The notes below the pieces were generated by a model, which had not been told where the DNA came from, ran no database searches, and saw only the letters and a list, made by a program, of their open reading frames with translations. Of a stretch of DNA of 64,000 nucleotides, positions 1-11,726 are shown piece after piece. The stretch comes from Cyanophora paradoxa CCMP329. Its lineage: Eukaryota; Plantae; Glaucophyta. The position numbers were made by a program, and so were the translations under genes. Positions within the stretch are counted from its first letter, which is position 1. Each line of letters opens with the position of its first letter. The stretch spans positions 1-64,000 of the forward strand of contig QPMI01000415.1 in the NCBI GenBank assembly GCA_004431415.1. The letters are read 5' to 3'.

Positions 1-414
1 GGGCTATTCGGAGATGAGAACACGAAGCGGTTCGAGACAGAGCGAGAGAATAGGAAAACCGGGAAGAGACCGAGCGGATCAAAGAACCGCCCGCAAATCC
101 GAGTAAAGCATCAACTGTTTAGAGCTCTCTCTTTTGGGTATCGTTCGTTATCAGTATCGACGTAATAATAATCGTTTACGCTGGAATCGGTGCTATCATT
201 TTGGATGCGGGGATTACTGTGGGCTCTTCGTTTAGAAGCGTTATAGTTATTGTCTGATCGGGCGAACAACATAAGAGCTATTTGGAATCTCAGCGGATAG
301 CACACGAAATCGTCGAACATTATTAAAGGCGCGTTTTCAAATGCAGCACGCCGTTTTCAAGGTCTCTACTGTTCGCAATTTATTGTTATTCTTTTCATAA
401 TCTATTATAGTAAG

Positions 415-1340
415 ATGAAAGAATACCTGAGCTTTTCGAGCGATGATCGCGACGAGGAGTTCATAGAGCCAAACAAGTATGTAGTGACATTACCCCGTCG
501 CTATGACACGTAAAATCGGTGCGCCTGGTGCAGGCAACAATTCCAAACGTTCTATCGACCGTGACAAACGATATAGACGCCACTGGTGCAACCATCGAGC
601 GCATGGAAACTCTATTTCTCGGTCACAGCTTCGGATTCCGGATTCGTGACCATCGTAATCCCAAAGGATTTACACCAAAGACGACCTTGCCGCAAAAGTC
701 ACAGAAAGACTCGAAGCAGCTCGCCTTTCAGATTTCGGTGGAAAATATATTAAATGCCGCTAAATACTACTTCAAAGATCTATGAGTTTTTCAGTGATAG
801 TAACTTTGGTTCAAGTTCTCCAAAGCTTCCCCTGAAACACTCAGAAAATCCAGTAATCGCAAAACAATCGCTAAGAAACTCGCAATATTCGGTTTCAAAG
901 ATATTCAACTATATGTTTACGAGACATTTACCCCTCTTGCAAGCGATACATTCCTTGTGTTTAATCCTGGACGGGAACTGTGACACTCAATCGACGCATT
1001 CGGGCTTATACTCGTGGAGATGAGACCCCGGCGGCGATGATCCTGGCTATATATTGACGAATTTGCGCCGTTTATTCGCTCAGTCAACAAGCACGTCGAT
1101 GGTTATTTCATGCGCATTCCAATCCCACAGGAACTCGAACATGGTGAATCTACCACTTCGACACGTCCACTACGGTGCCTCTCATTCGTGAATTCCGCGA
1201 ATTAAAAAATCGTTCGAATCCGCTTGACGATTAAACTCATCGACCATGATGGCGCTCTCTTAGATTTCGGGATTTGGGCGCATTATTTCACTTTTGAGAT
1301 CGAAACCTACGACGCACCGCCCGAAATGAATTTCTACTAA
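415..1340 (+). pseudogene. Minor capsid (penton-like) protein, frameshifted
   Basis: Reads MKEYLSFSSDDRD..KYVVTLPRRYD/VKSVRLVQATIPN and ends ..HYFTFEIETY across several frameshifts. Homologous to 38790-39800 (LPSTYEFVRAVRLVSAEFYN..HLTFEI) and in the same syntenic position. Confidence 0.7.
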
Positions 1341-1386
1341 GCCCTTTAAATTATTTTCTGATCCAAAGATAAGAGAAGAAACGCTC

Positions 1387-2684
1387 ATGGAGACTAACAG
1401 CCAATTCCAGCGCCAACGCTGAAATCTATGCTCACCACCGATGACTACAAGGATTATTTCTAAACAAGTCGCTGGTCATTGGAACGTCCTCTGGCACTAA
1501 GCCACTTCGAGTTCTGGTCGCCCCCGACACTGAGCCACCCAGCGCTCTCGGCAACCGAGTTGTCTTCAAAATCCCCCGCTACCATTTCCTGAATGGTCTC
1601 GCGCTGCAACTCGATCTTAACCCGATCACCCTCACTGATCTCACGAATGGTGTCGCTGGAACTACTGGCTACCTTCGCGTCATTGGATCGCTGATTAAGC
1701 GCATCGAAATCTCTCACGCTTCATTCCGCTATGTTGTCCCGGAGGATTTCGTCACCCAGTATTTTCTACTGATGACTGAACAGGGCGAACTTGATAAGAA
1801 ACTTCGCTATGTCGGTGGTCTTGTCGGAACCGCTGGTAACACTGTCGGTGGAACCTACGAAATCGATTTACCCTCTCCTTTCGAGAGGCGATGTTCCCAC
1901 TTTGCGCTCTGAACTCTGAGATCGTGGTCGAAATCGAATTCAAGGCGATTGGTGATGGTATCATTGAGGATGTAACAATGTTGGCATATTTCGGTCGTAA
2001 ACAGTGGTGCTTCCCTTCAAGTGCTGAAACCCCGCGTTATTTGCAAGGTCGTAAATGCCGATGAGGCGGTTGTATCTGAGACCATTGCCCGAGTTAATCG
2101 ACTGCATCGCGATCCCTACAACGAAATCGGTTTCCTACACACAGATTTCCAGCCGACCGCCTCCGGTTCGCGAGTCAATCTCTCGCAACTCACAGGTGCG
2201 GTCTCATCCACACTCTCGTATTCTCTGTGCGCCAAAACGCGAAGACGAAGGTTAACAACGGAACTCTCTCGGTTCTGGCTCCTCGTGCACTCAGAACCAA
2301 CGCTGTGAACTTCTATGTGGAACTCAACAATAACCGCCTTTACTCAAATACTTCGCTTCCTCTCATGATTGCCGCGACCGAACTTCAAGATAATATAATT
2401 CGCGATCTTACCGAGAGCACAAGCTACCCCGCTCTCACTGGCATTTACTTCGGTGCTGGAAACGGAAAGGCGTCGCTTCTCAACAAGAGAACACGGCTAC
2501 ATCGATGCCACAGCACATCGGCGTTCGATCTGGTCTTCGAATTCAATGGTGTCACAGCCGGTGGATCGGTAATGAGGAGTGGTATGCGGGTGCCGCTTAT
2601 CAGAAGATGCAAATTCAATGCATTGCGCTCGCTCACAATATCATGATAATCGGAGCTGATGGTATTCGCAGAGTATCTTCATGA
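1387..2684 (+). pseudogene. Major capsid protein (putative double jelly-roll), frameshifted
   Basis: Fragments DYFLNKSLVIG, RVNLSQLTG, VELNNNRLY and LAHNIMIIGADGIRRV match 37362-38735 (AFFLDNSLMLG, RINLSQISG, VEINGQRLY, LMHSFIIVDKDGLRRI). Confidence 0.75.
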
Positions 2685-2742
2685 GGAATTCGTGCGATTA
2701 CCACATTCAGTCTTATTTTTCTATTGTTTTTATAGTGAAAGA

Positions 2743-3607
2743 ATGCAAAAAGGGACGACGCCCATAGATCTCGAAGAATGGAACCCGAAACAGAGGGTGA
2801 AACTTCCCGCACGATTTCTCCTATTGGCGAAAACCAATTGTGGTAAATCGGTATTCTTAAAGTGGCTGATCAAAGAACTCGAAGACCAGATCTCGTATGT
2901 TCTGGTTTTCTGTCCTACGAGTTTTAACGGTTTCTGGGGTCAAATAACAGACGAAGTACATGACACCTGGAAACCGGAATACGTAGAGTCGATCATAGAA
3001 GCCCGCAAAAAGGCTATCATTGCGGTAAGAAACCAAAGAATATTCTCATCGTGCTCGACGATTGTTTGGAATCGGAACTATTGATCTCTCGCGCGATCAT
3101 TTGCTAAATAAATTGATGGCGCAAGGTCGTCATACGTTTTGTTCCGTGGCTTTAATATCGCAGAAACTAACAAAGCTTTCAACGATCATTCGCAGCAATG
3201 CGGAGTATATCATATTCCTAAGCTGGTCAAACATGCGAGAGTTTGAAGCATATCACGAAGAGTTCGGGAACATGGATAAAGAGAGTTTTAAGCGCATGTT
3301 CCAAGAATTCTGTCATAGCTACCAAGCGATCATTCACGATAATACCGGGTATTCTGTGCGATGGTGGGTCGAAAAAGCCGATATGATCGATGAACATCCG
3401 TTTACTAAATTCCACAAGCGGGCGGCTTTTGAAGAAAAGAAGCGCAAACAACAAGAAGAGCAAGCATCAAAACCGCCGCCTGTCAAAGATTCGACAACTG
3501 TCTGTCGAACTTTATCCAAATTTGAGCGTGAGCTTGAAGGTATCCCCAAACTTTCGCAAATTTCGCCTAAGAAAAAGAAAATGTTAATCAAATGTAAGAG
3601 AAGATAA
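2743..3607 (+). CDS. A32/FtsK-HerA-like genome packaging ATPase (frameshifted near 3020-3080)
   Basis: Walker A AKTNCGKS, Walker B ILIVLDD in a shifted frame, QGRH arginine motif, ISQKL..IRSNAEY. Homologue of 36517-37299. Confidence 0.85.
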
Positions 3608-3609
3608 TC

Positions 3610-4293
3610 ATGGTCTACCGAAAGAAGCCTCAAACCATTCAAACTGTCGCTTCTGGTAATCCTAATCGCGGACTTGAAGAGTCTGGGTTAACGTCGGGTG
3701 GCGGTCTCGAAATGCCCGAATATCTTATAGACACTTCGCCAGAGGAGGTCGCCAAGCAAGAGGCGATTATTGCGAGTGCCACCGCGGACAAGGGAAACCA
3801 AGATAGCGGTAAACGCCAAATGGACGATTTAGCTACTGTAAAACCACAGATTGGAGGCGGCTCTGTTGATGAAGCAACCGACAAAGTACTAAAAGCGCAA
3901 GTTGTTGCAAGCCAACACAAAACGCAAGACGTCCCGAAAGCCGCCGAAACCGAGCTTAAAAAGCGCGGATCCTATCAAAAACACACGGTTCCTGTCGACG
4001 TTGTCATGAGCTTCGAAGAGAAAGTGAGAGACCTTGAAATGAAAGTCTCTAACTACGAGAAATGGATGCAAGATTATAACGAACGCAAGAAATTAAAGGG
4101 GCTCGTGAAGAAAGAGATCTCCAAACTCGGATTAAAGCAAAAAGTCGACGTAGAGGAGATTAAAAAGGAGGAAAAGACAGATGCGCAAGCCGTAACTCGA
4201 CAGCAATCGGTTGCCCCGCAATATGCACATATTGTGCCGACCGCACCCGTGAATTATGCCGCAATGCTCGGTGGTAAACGCCATATCCGCTAA
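3610..4293 (+). CDS. Conserved hypothetical PLV protein with coiled-coil C-terminus
   Basis: 227-aa ORF. Shares ADKG..DL and K..DLE.K.S..E....KERxKLK....KE..KxG with 35754-36488; same position after the ATPase. Confidence 0.75.
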   Translation: MVYRKKPQTIQTVASGNPNRGLEESGLTSGGGLEMPEYLIDTSPEEVAKQEAIIASATADKGNQDSGKRQMDDLATVKPQIGGGSVDEATDKVLKAQVVASQHKTQDVPKAAETELKKRGSYQKHTVPVDVVMSFEEKVRDLEMKVSNYEKWMQDYNERKKLKGLVKKEISKLGLKQKVDVEEIKKEEKTDAQAVTRQQSVAPQYAHIVPTAPVNYAAMLGGKRHIR

Positions 4294-4497
4294 TGACTGT
4301 GAATATCCGCAAGGCAAAGCTGAACCCGCCCGTATTTAGAGCGGGTCTTTATGTGGACTCCCTTGCAAAACGGGCATGTCGGTTCTGTAAACAGCATTAT
4401 AAGGTCGACCAACTCATAAGGAAACACACGAGCAAGCAATAGCCTCATTCCCTTTTATTTTCTCCGATATTTAATACGTTGCCCAATTGTAGGGTCG

Positions 4498-4932
4498 ATG
4501 AATTTCATCACACAATGCATCGAAATGTTTCATTTACATTTCACAAGCACGTGCCACAACTCCTGCTGCGACACAACCGTAGAGGTTGATATAAGCGATG
4601 AAGACAATGGAGGTAGGCGCCTTTCTGTATATTCTAACCACAGCGACAATCACAACCACCCACGATCTCGATCGCCCTCGCCTGTGCCCGCGGCTATGAG
4701 TTCTAATATCGAAACCGCTCAGATAGAGGACGTGCATGTAGAGCATATTAGAAGGCGCTCATGTCCTGAGTTTGTAGAAGGTCATTTGCGCGCTGACTCC
4801 CCTTATCCGATGTATAGATTGGATCAAATGGCATTAGGCGACGATGAAAATGTAACGAACCCTTATGTTTATCCTCAGCAACCTTATGTATATCCTCAGC
4901 AACAAGAAAGAACCGTCTGGAACGGTTATTGA
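4498..4932 (+). CDS. Conserved hypothetical PLV protein (N-terminal CHxxCC motif)
   Basis: MNFITQCIEMFHLHFTSTCHNSCCDTTVEVDISD..GGRRLS is closely similar to the N-terminus of 35493-35726. Confidence 0.75.
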   Translation: MNFITQCIEMFHLHFTSTCHNSCCDTTVEVDISDEDNGGRRLSVYSNHSDNHNHPRSRSPSPVPAAMSSNIETAQIEDVHVEHIRRRSCPEFVEGHLRADSPYPMYRLDQMALGDDENVTNPYVYPQQPYVYPQQQERTVWNGY

Positions 4933-5056
4933 GCGGTGAATTTCGGTGGCGCTTGTATCGATCCGAGGGCAAAAATTGAAGGTTTCGGTAAAAGGTATAT
5001 AAGGGCAAGGGAAATAATACAGAGTGACAAAAAACTATTTTCTCCGGTTATAGTAA

Positions 5057-5470
5057 ATGGCGAAACCCAAGATTTCAAACCAAGAGGCAATGGCGGCACA
5101 GCAAGAAAAGCGCAGACCCGGGAGACCGAAAAAGGTGATCACAGAAGAGGAGAAAGCCGAGAGATTACGACTAAAACGCGAGAAAGATGCAGAGCGGCAG
5201 CGAAACAAGCATCAGAGACAAAAGCAAGAGCGATTAGCCGCAGGGGAAGCGACCGTATTTACCCCGGAGCAGCTACAAAAGATCGCAATTCGTAAACAGC
5301 AGCGATACCAAGACGATGAAGAGTATCGGGAGAAAATCAGAGAAAAGGCACGGGAATACCAACGCAGAAAAAGAGCGGAACGAAAGCTGAACCCGCCGGT
5401 GAAGCCCCAGCCGCAAAAGCCCGCTGGGAGACCCCGAAAGCATGTCGTCGAGAATGTACAAAATCCGTAG
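5057..5470 (+). CDS. Small basic AT-hook-like DNA-binding protein
   Basis: RRPGRPKK and PAGRPRK motifs; RYQDDEEYREKIREKAREYQRRK is shared with 35064-35291. Confidence 0.75.
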   Translation: MAKPKISNQEAMAAQQEKRRPGRPKKVITEEEKAERLRLKREKDAERQRNKHQRQKQERLAAGEATVFTPEQLQKIAIRKQQRYQDDEEYREKIREKAREYQRRKRAERKLNPPVKPQPQKPAGRPRKHVVENVQNP

Positions 5471-5638
5471 TGAAACGTATCCGTACGATGCAAAAAATGA
5501 CTCATTTTTTACCTCCCTTTTTATTCCCCGGATCGGTCAAAAAGCATTTAAGGAATTAACAACAAGGGTATGAAAAGGAGGATTTGGTAGATTGCGGTAA
5601 AATTATTTTCTCCGCTTATTTTAAAAGAACTAATAGAG

Positions 5639-8600
5639 ATGCCGCGCGCAGCCAACAGAATCGCTAACAATGTTCGGGAGGAGATTATCGGATACATTAT
5701 GCAGGGATTGAGTCAGGATTTGCTAACCGAAGAACAGGCGCATTGGGCGATGCACAACACAATGAATCGGAAGCCCAAGCTCCAAACGCTGATCGACATT
5801 CGGGATACTCTGAATGGAATCATTAATCCCCGCGTTTTCCGCAGGGCAGAGCGGAAAGAAAAGCGTGCCGCTCGCACCCAAGTTAATATAGAAAAGCAGA
5901 AGCAAAAAGAACAAGAGGCTAAGCGTTTACAGCGCTTCGATCGCAAGCAAGAACAGAAACGAGCGAAAGAAGCGAAGCTCGAAGCAAAGCAGCAGAGAGG
6001 TAAACTAAAAGCGGTAGAGGATGCGATTAAACGCACTATTCTCGACCCAATCGCCGCATACGATCCGGAAACTCTCGCAACAATTACGTTCAAGATGTGG
6101 GGACCTGGATCCGGTGCTCGGTCGTCGGAGGTAATTGTTATTCCCGGAATTCCCGGAACATATATAGAAGACAAAACCTTTGTCACCTACAATAATATAA
6201 GAGAGACAGTTTCGGTGAGGGTGTTGAGAAACTTTGCTCTGGCAAAAATCGATAGAGTGTATGGAATTCTCACCGCTCAAAATCGTTATTATTCGGAAGA
6301 GAGAGATTCAATCTTCGATTTACTCGAAAACTACGATGAATTGAAGATTGGTCTGGGAACGTTCGGACAAGCATACGAGATGTTCTTCTTTAAGACACCA
6401 CCAACCGAGGAACAGAAAAAACTACGCAAAAACTTCGATGATCTTGGCGGCAGTATCGATGATGCCTTTATAACTGTTCATGAGGTCGTGATCGATGGGG
6501 ACGAAGGTGTCGAAGATGACGGAGCCGGTGCTATCCCTGGCAATCGCTATGAGTTCCTGGATGAGGAGCTAATGGACAGTATGCGATGCACCGCGATTAT
6601 GAGCAAATTCACAGACTACACATTAAATCCAAACGCGTCTGAGTTCGAAGATATTATTGAGCTTCCCAAATCATCGACATCTAACGCTTGCGGCTACGAT
6701 ATGATCATCTCCACATGGGGAGCGTCCATTAAGAAGTGTCAGGAGGCGCCAAAACCGCGATATACTGACTTAACTATGTCCTACGACGGTCTCTATAAAT
6801 TCTTTCACGGTCGCGAACGCACACCTGGCGACTCTCTGGCTCTCACCCTCCGCCATATTGAGAAATTCTGTAAGAGAATCCAGACAGGCTTCCGCGTCTT
6901 TGATGTCGACGGAAAGTTAGTATACAAATTCGCGGCAGAATCAATTAACAAAAATATCAATCCCGCAATATTCACTTTATGATTCACAACAAGCATATCT
7001 ATATATTCAACGATAACATCAAGTCGCTCGAAATGCGCATGGCAAAGATGGAGGTCGAAGAGCTCGATAATCATGTTCCTAAGTCGAACTCTTCGTTAGC
7101 ACTCTATAAAATTCCGACGTGTCTTACTCACGATATCTTCGCGCACACATCCAAGGATCTGTTAAAGATCACGCAATTAAAACTATCGCCTGACGAGCGC
7201 AGTTTCATTCGCATTCTGTATACTGGGCGTGAAGGTCTGGAAGGTCTTCTATTTACGTTCCTGAAAATGCGATATGAGCCCGCTGTGAAGTTAACACCAT
7301 CGAAACAAATCGACAGCATCACATTCAAAGCTAATGGCTCCATGTTCTCTATCAAAGATCCACGCACAACCGACCACTTTATTGAGCAAGATTTCGAGAC
7401 AGAAGAATATTATAATAAGGTCTGTGAAATCGGGAAGGGATTCCGCGAGTCGCTTCTAAATGCGACGAATATCTCACATTACAGTCCGAATATGCGCGAA
7501 ATTCTCACGCACTACAAGCGATCCGCACTAAGCGGCTATTTCTATAAGCCGAACCCGAAAGCCACCTACACAGCTGTCGATATGGCGAAGTGCTACCCTT
7601 CGATACTGAAAGGCATGCAATATCTTCCGAAATACAATGTGTTTGATGACTTCGTTCCCTTTAAAGCGGGAAGCGATATTCTCGAATACGCGATCTACTA
7701 CGTGCGTGTCGTTGCGTTTGAGAGAGAGCAAGCGACTTTCGCCGACGATGAGGATGTAGATTATGATGCCGCCATGTCTCGCAAGATTGACGGAATCGAA
7801 ATTATTCTGGATCGCGCATTTTCCGTGAGTGGTCGCTGTTATAATTTCATGACAGGCTACACTCTCTCCATGCATTGGGCGGACGTAAAGGACAAGATAG
7901 AGATTATCGCGGTCGCGGAGCCTTCGCATTTGGTGCCCAATACGTCGATCTCGGAGATGAAGAAAGTACTTTCAAGTGACATTCAAACCACGGACAAGAA
8001 ACACATTTTAGTGAAAGAGATCGGAATGCTCGGCAAATTCCAAGACTCGCAAACATCCACGAAAATGTTCTACAACCGTGCCGAGGCTGAGAGGTTCGCC
8101 CAAGAATGCGGAGGAACAGTAGAGGTGTTTACTTTCAATCCTAAGAATTCGAAACGTGTCAAAACTCTTAGCGAATTCGAAGGTCACATCTATTTCGTTA
8201 AGATCAGCTCTCACCGCGAGCTCGTTAACGGATTCCTTCCTATCCACTTTCATATTTACGATCGTAACCGCGCTAATATGTTTGCGCAATACAAGCGCCT
8301 GACAGCGCGCGGGCACAAGGTTGCCGGGATCAGAACGGACTGTCTTTATATCGAAGGTTCATGGACAAGTAAGAAAGAGTTCGACCGAAATGCGTTTGAG
8401 AACATGGGCAAATTCAGCTATATTCCCGGGAAAAGATGCCCTGAGAATGCACTCCGCCCACCACGGGGTGTAACTCTCGAATTTCAGGATCCCGAGACAC
8501 TCATTAACCGGTTCTCGCTGAGGGACGAATTTAATCCGGAGTGCTTTAATTGGGTTGCGGAGCTCCATAATCGTATGCTTGTCCTTGCTGACATGCCCGG

Positions 8601-9948
8601 AAGTGGAAAGTCGACCCTCGGTATTAATTGCTTTGCCTCTCAAAAGTCAAATTGCTTAGTCATTTGCCCCTATAACAAACAGTGCGCAGAGCTAAGGGAC
8701 TCTCTCAAAGTCCGCGGAATCGAGAATATTACCGTTCGTACTTTGTATAATGTTCTCGGGATCCGTGTCTCAAATGATCAGACCTACGAAGAGGCTATGA
8801 GCGAAAAAGACCAGAGGGCGTTCGTATCTGAGTTCAGCCACATTATGTTCGACGAGATATTTGCGTATTCCGTAAAAGATCTCGCTAAGATCAAGTCGTT
8901 TATCGATCGCTATCCGGATATCAAATATTTGGCTAATGGCGATACCTATCAGAACGAACCAATTAATGACGAGCTCTCGGTTTCTGATCGCAAGGGCTAC
9001 TATAAGCGCGCTGTGCAGAGCATGTTCCCTAACGTTCTGAGTCTACGCAATAACAAGCGGCACAAGAAGGAGACAGACCGTGAATTAATTCGGGCGATTA
9101 AAGAGGATCTCTTCGAGAACGGACTGGAAGCCGCACAGATTATCTCGAAATACGGGTTGCCGACAATTAATGATCTAAGCGCTATTCCCGACGGCTACTT
9201 TGGCATCGCTTACAGAAACGAAATGACCTTAGCCTACAACAAACTGATGCACGATAGACGCAAAGTAAATATCCCAACCGTAGAGGTCAATGGCATCAAA
9301 TTCTACAAGGGTTTGGAAGTCGTTTGCCGCAAGTATCTACGCATTTCGCGGTCTGAGGGCGAGTCTATAAACGCATACACGAATTACACCTATCGAATCA
9401 CCAAAATCACAAAGCAAATGGTCACATTAACGGACGTTTTCGATGGTGTCACGTTTGAGGTTCCGTGCGCGATGTTAGAACATTTTTCTCTCCCTTATGC
9501 AGGAACAGGTCATTCAACGCAAGGTCTCACACTTGATTCGGGCATTGTCATTTGTGAGGCTACGTTCCGCTATACCACTCGCGAATGGTTCTATACCGCG
9601 CTCACTCGTAACCGCGATCTGTCTACTGTGCTGATTTATACACCGATTCACAAGTTCCAAGGAAAGAGTGACTACATCGAGTATCTGAAAGGGAAGATCC
9701 GCGGTTACAAATGCCAGGATCAGCGTGCCGGGCGCGATTTCGATGAGGCGGATTATATTACGCCGGAGTGGATATTAGAGCGCAAGAAGCAACAGAAGGG
9801 CGCCTGTGCGCTCTGTTCCCTTCCTATTCCGACTGAGCCACAAGATCCGAATTACAAGCTCGTCGTGGATCGCATAAACAACAGGCGCCCACATCTTAAA
9901 GACAATTGCCAGCTCGTGCATCACGGGTGCAATTGCAGCAAAAAATAA
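5639..9948 (+). CDS. Derived family-B DNA polymerase-SF1 (RecD/PIF1-like) helicase-HNH fusion; one frameshift at ~6975
   Basis: PolB-like motifs AVDMAKCYPS, KHILVKEIGMLGK and GIRTDCLY. SF1 motifs ADMPGSGKS, FDEIF, GDTYQNEPI, YAGTGHSTQGLTL and YTALTR. C-terminal CALC..DRINNRRPHLKDNC..CN. ORFs 5639-6982 and 6979-9948 join if one T is added to acTTTatg. Confidence 0.82.
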
Positions 9949-9966
9949 ACAGGTTTAATTAGAAGA

Positions 9967-11397
9967 ATGTCACGGATCGTTAGAAGGGTAGCGGGCGAGG
10001 AGACAGAGACCACCATACTACCTATCGCGGTTCCTGAAACTGAGCAAGTCCCCCAAAAAATCACAAAACGCCAAGCAAAATCAAATTTATTAGGAGATGT
10101 TCCTTTTAGCATTGCTAACCCGTCCTCTAAGATCGTGCGCCGCATGTATGACCCAAAAACAGGTTTTAAGAACCCATCGGCATTGTACGAAGAGCTGAGA
10201 AAAGAGGACAAGACCCTCACACTGAAAGAAGTGCAAGATGTCGCAGCGAAACAAGAATTTATGCAGATCAACAAGAAGCCCCCCGCACCGACCCAAACCG
10301 CTTTTATTCCCATCACAGCCCCGCCGTGGTGCTACCAAGCCGATCTCATCTTTTATCTCTCATATGGCAGCTATAATTCCGGCTACATTGCAGTCCTTAC
10401 TCTCATCGAGATGACAAGCCGAAAAGCATATGCCAAGAAGTTAAAGAATAAGGAGGGCGCAAGTGTTGCCGCCGCTTTTGCGGAGATGCTCACAGAGCTC
10501 CCGGCTCCGATGATTCGATTGGAGACAGATAACGGTTCGGAATTCATTGCGAAGGAGTTTCAGGAGGTCGTAAAAAATAATGGAATAGAGCACCGCTTTA
10601 AACAGGTCGGAGATCACACTTCTCTGGGAATAATGAATCGCTTTCATTTGACCTTAAAAACGATGATAAACAATTACTGTGTCGCTTATAATACAGTTCG
10701 ATTCATGGACAAATTGGACGACTTCGTTTTCAATTATAATAACACCATTCACAGAACCATAGGAATGAAACCCGCAGATGTTAAGCTTTCTGATATGGAG
10801 CGGATCCGAGCGGCTATTATTTCAAAGAAGAACACAATCGTAAAGGATATATTCAGCGACTTTAAGCCGGGTCTCCACGTCCGTGTATTATTGCCGAGAT
10901 CAAAGTTTGATAAAGGAGCGACCCAAAGGTATAGCCGAGAGGTCTACAAAATTGCGGGAAGGAGAGGAAACGCGATAGAGGTGCAAGATGCAGCGGGGAA
11001 CGTAATGCCGAAGCTTTTTAAGCCGCACGAATTGCAGATCATTACAGAGGTCGAAGCTGTGGTCGAGCCATCAGGCAACGCTATTTTAGCGGCTGATGTA
11101 GAGGCAGCTTCGATCCGGCAGGTTCAAAAAGAAGGCATAGATGTCGCCGCAAGTGTTCCAAAAGGCGCATTATTGGAAGATCGCGCAGAAAAGACAAAGA
11201 GGGCGCTGAGAGAGCTCGCTAAATTAACGATCGCGGGAACTGAGAAGCTCTCAGAGGTAAACAGTCAGCGGTGGTATAAATCATTCAAGAATCAGAGCGC
11301 AAGCTACACAGCCCTACTACGCGCATTCTTCGGTCTTCTCGTTCATAACAAACCCGAAATTATTTTCTCCGGTAAATATAAAAGAGATGGAGGGTGA
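9967..11397 (+). CDS. Retroviral-like (rve/DDE) integrase, Polinton type
   Basis: YQADLIF, LETDNGSEF and YNNTIHRTIGMKP. The third acidic residue appears as N (GIMNRF). The true stop is probably ~11348 after a -1 slip. Collinear with 27043-28443. Confidence 0.9.
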   Translation: MSRIVRRVAGEETETTILPIAVPETEQVPQKITKRQAKSNLLGDVPFSIANPSSKIVRRMYDPKTGFKNPSALYEELRKEDKTLTLKEVQDVAAKQEFMQINKKPPAPTQTAFIPITAPPWCYQADLIFYLSYGSYNSGYIAVLTLIEMTSRKAYAKKLKNKEGASVAAAFAEMLTELPAPMIRLETDNGSEFIAKEFQEVVKNNGIEHRFKQVGDHTSLGIMNRFHLTLKTMINNYCVAYNTVRFMDKLDDFVFNYNNTIHRTIGMKPADVKLSDMERIRAAIISKKNTIVKDIFSDFKPGLHVRVLLPRSKFDKGATQRYSREVYKIAGRRGNAIEVQDAAGNVMPKLFKPHELQIITEVEAVVEPSGNAILAADVEAASIRQVQKEGIDVAASVPKGALLEDRAEKTKRALRELAKLTIAGTEKLSEVNSQRWYKSFKNQSASYTALLRAFFGLLVHNKPEIIFSGKYKRDGG

Positions 11398-11701
11398 AAA
11401 GTATTATGTTGATATTCCGTTTGATAAAAAAGACGTTGCGAAATCCCTCGGTGGAAAGTGGGATCGTGAGAATTCATGCTGGTATGTCATGAAGAAAGAT
11501 CACCCCCTATGCTCTCAGTTCAAAACTCTAAGCTATGAGCAAGTGTATCAAAGAAACGTGAAGGTTTACCTCGATATTCCTTATGAATTTAAGGATCAAG
11601 CGAAGGCTGAGAAAGCCCGCTGGGATCCCGTTATGAAATCCTGGTATGTCATGGGTCTCGATCACCCGCTAATGGGCAAGTTTCCGATCAAGGAGCATTA
11701 A
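11387..11701 (+). CDS. DUF5710-like protein with two repeats
   Basis: Two copies of Y(V/L)DIP(F/Y)..KD.AK....WD....WYV. Confidence 0.75.
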   Translation: MEGEKYYVDIPFDKKDVAKSLGGKWDRENSCWYVMKKDHPLCSQFKTLSYEQVYQRNVKVYLDIPYEFKDQAKAEKARWDPVMKSWYVMGLDHPLMGKFPIKEH

Positions 11702-11726
11702 ATATATCTGTCGTTTTTTTCATTTT

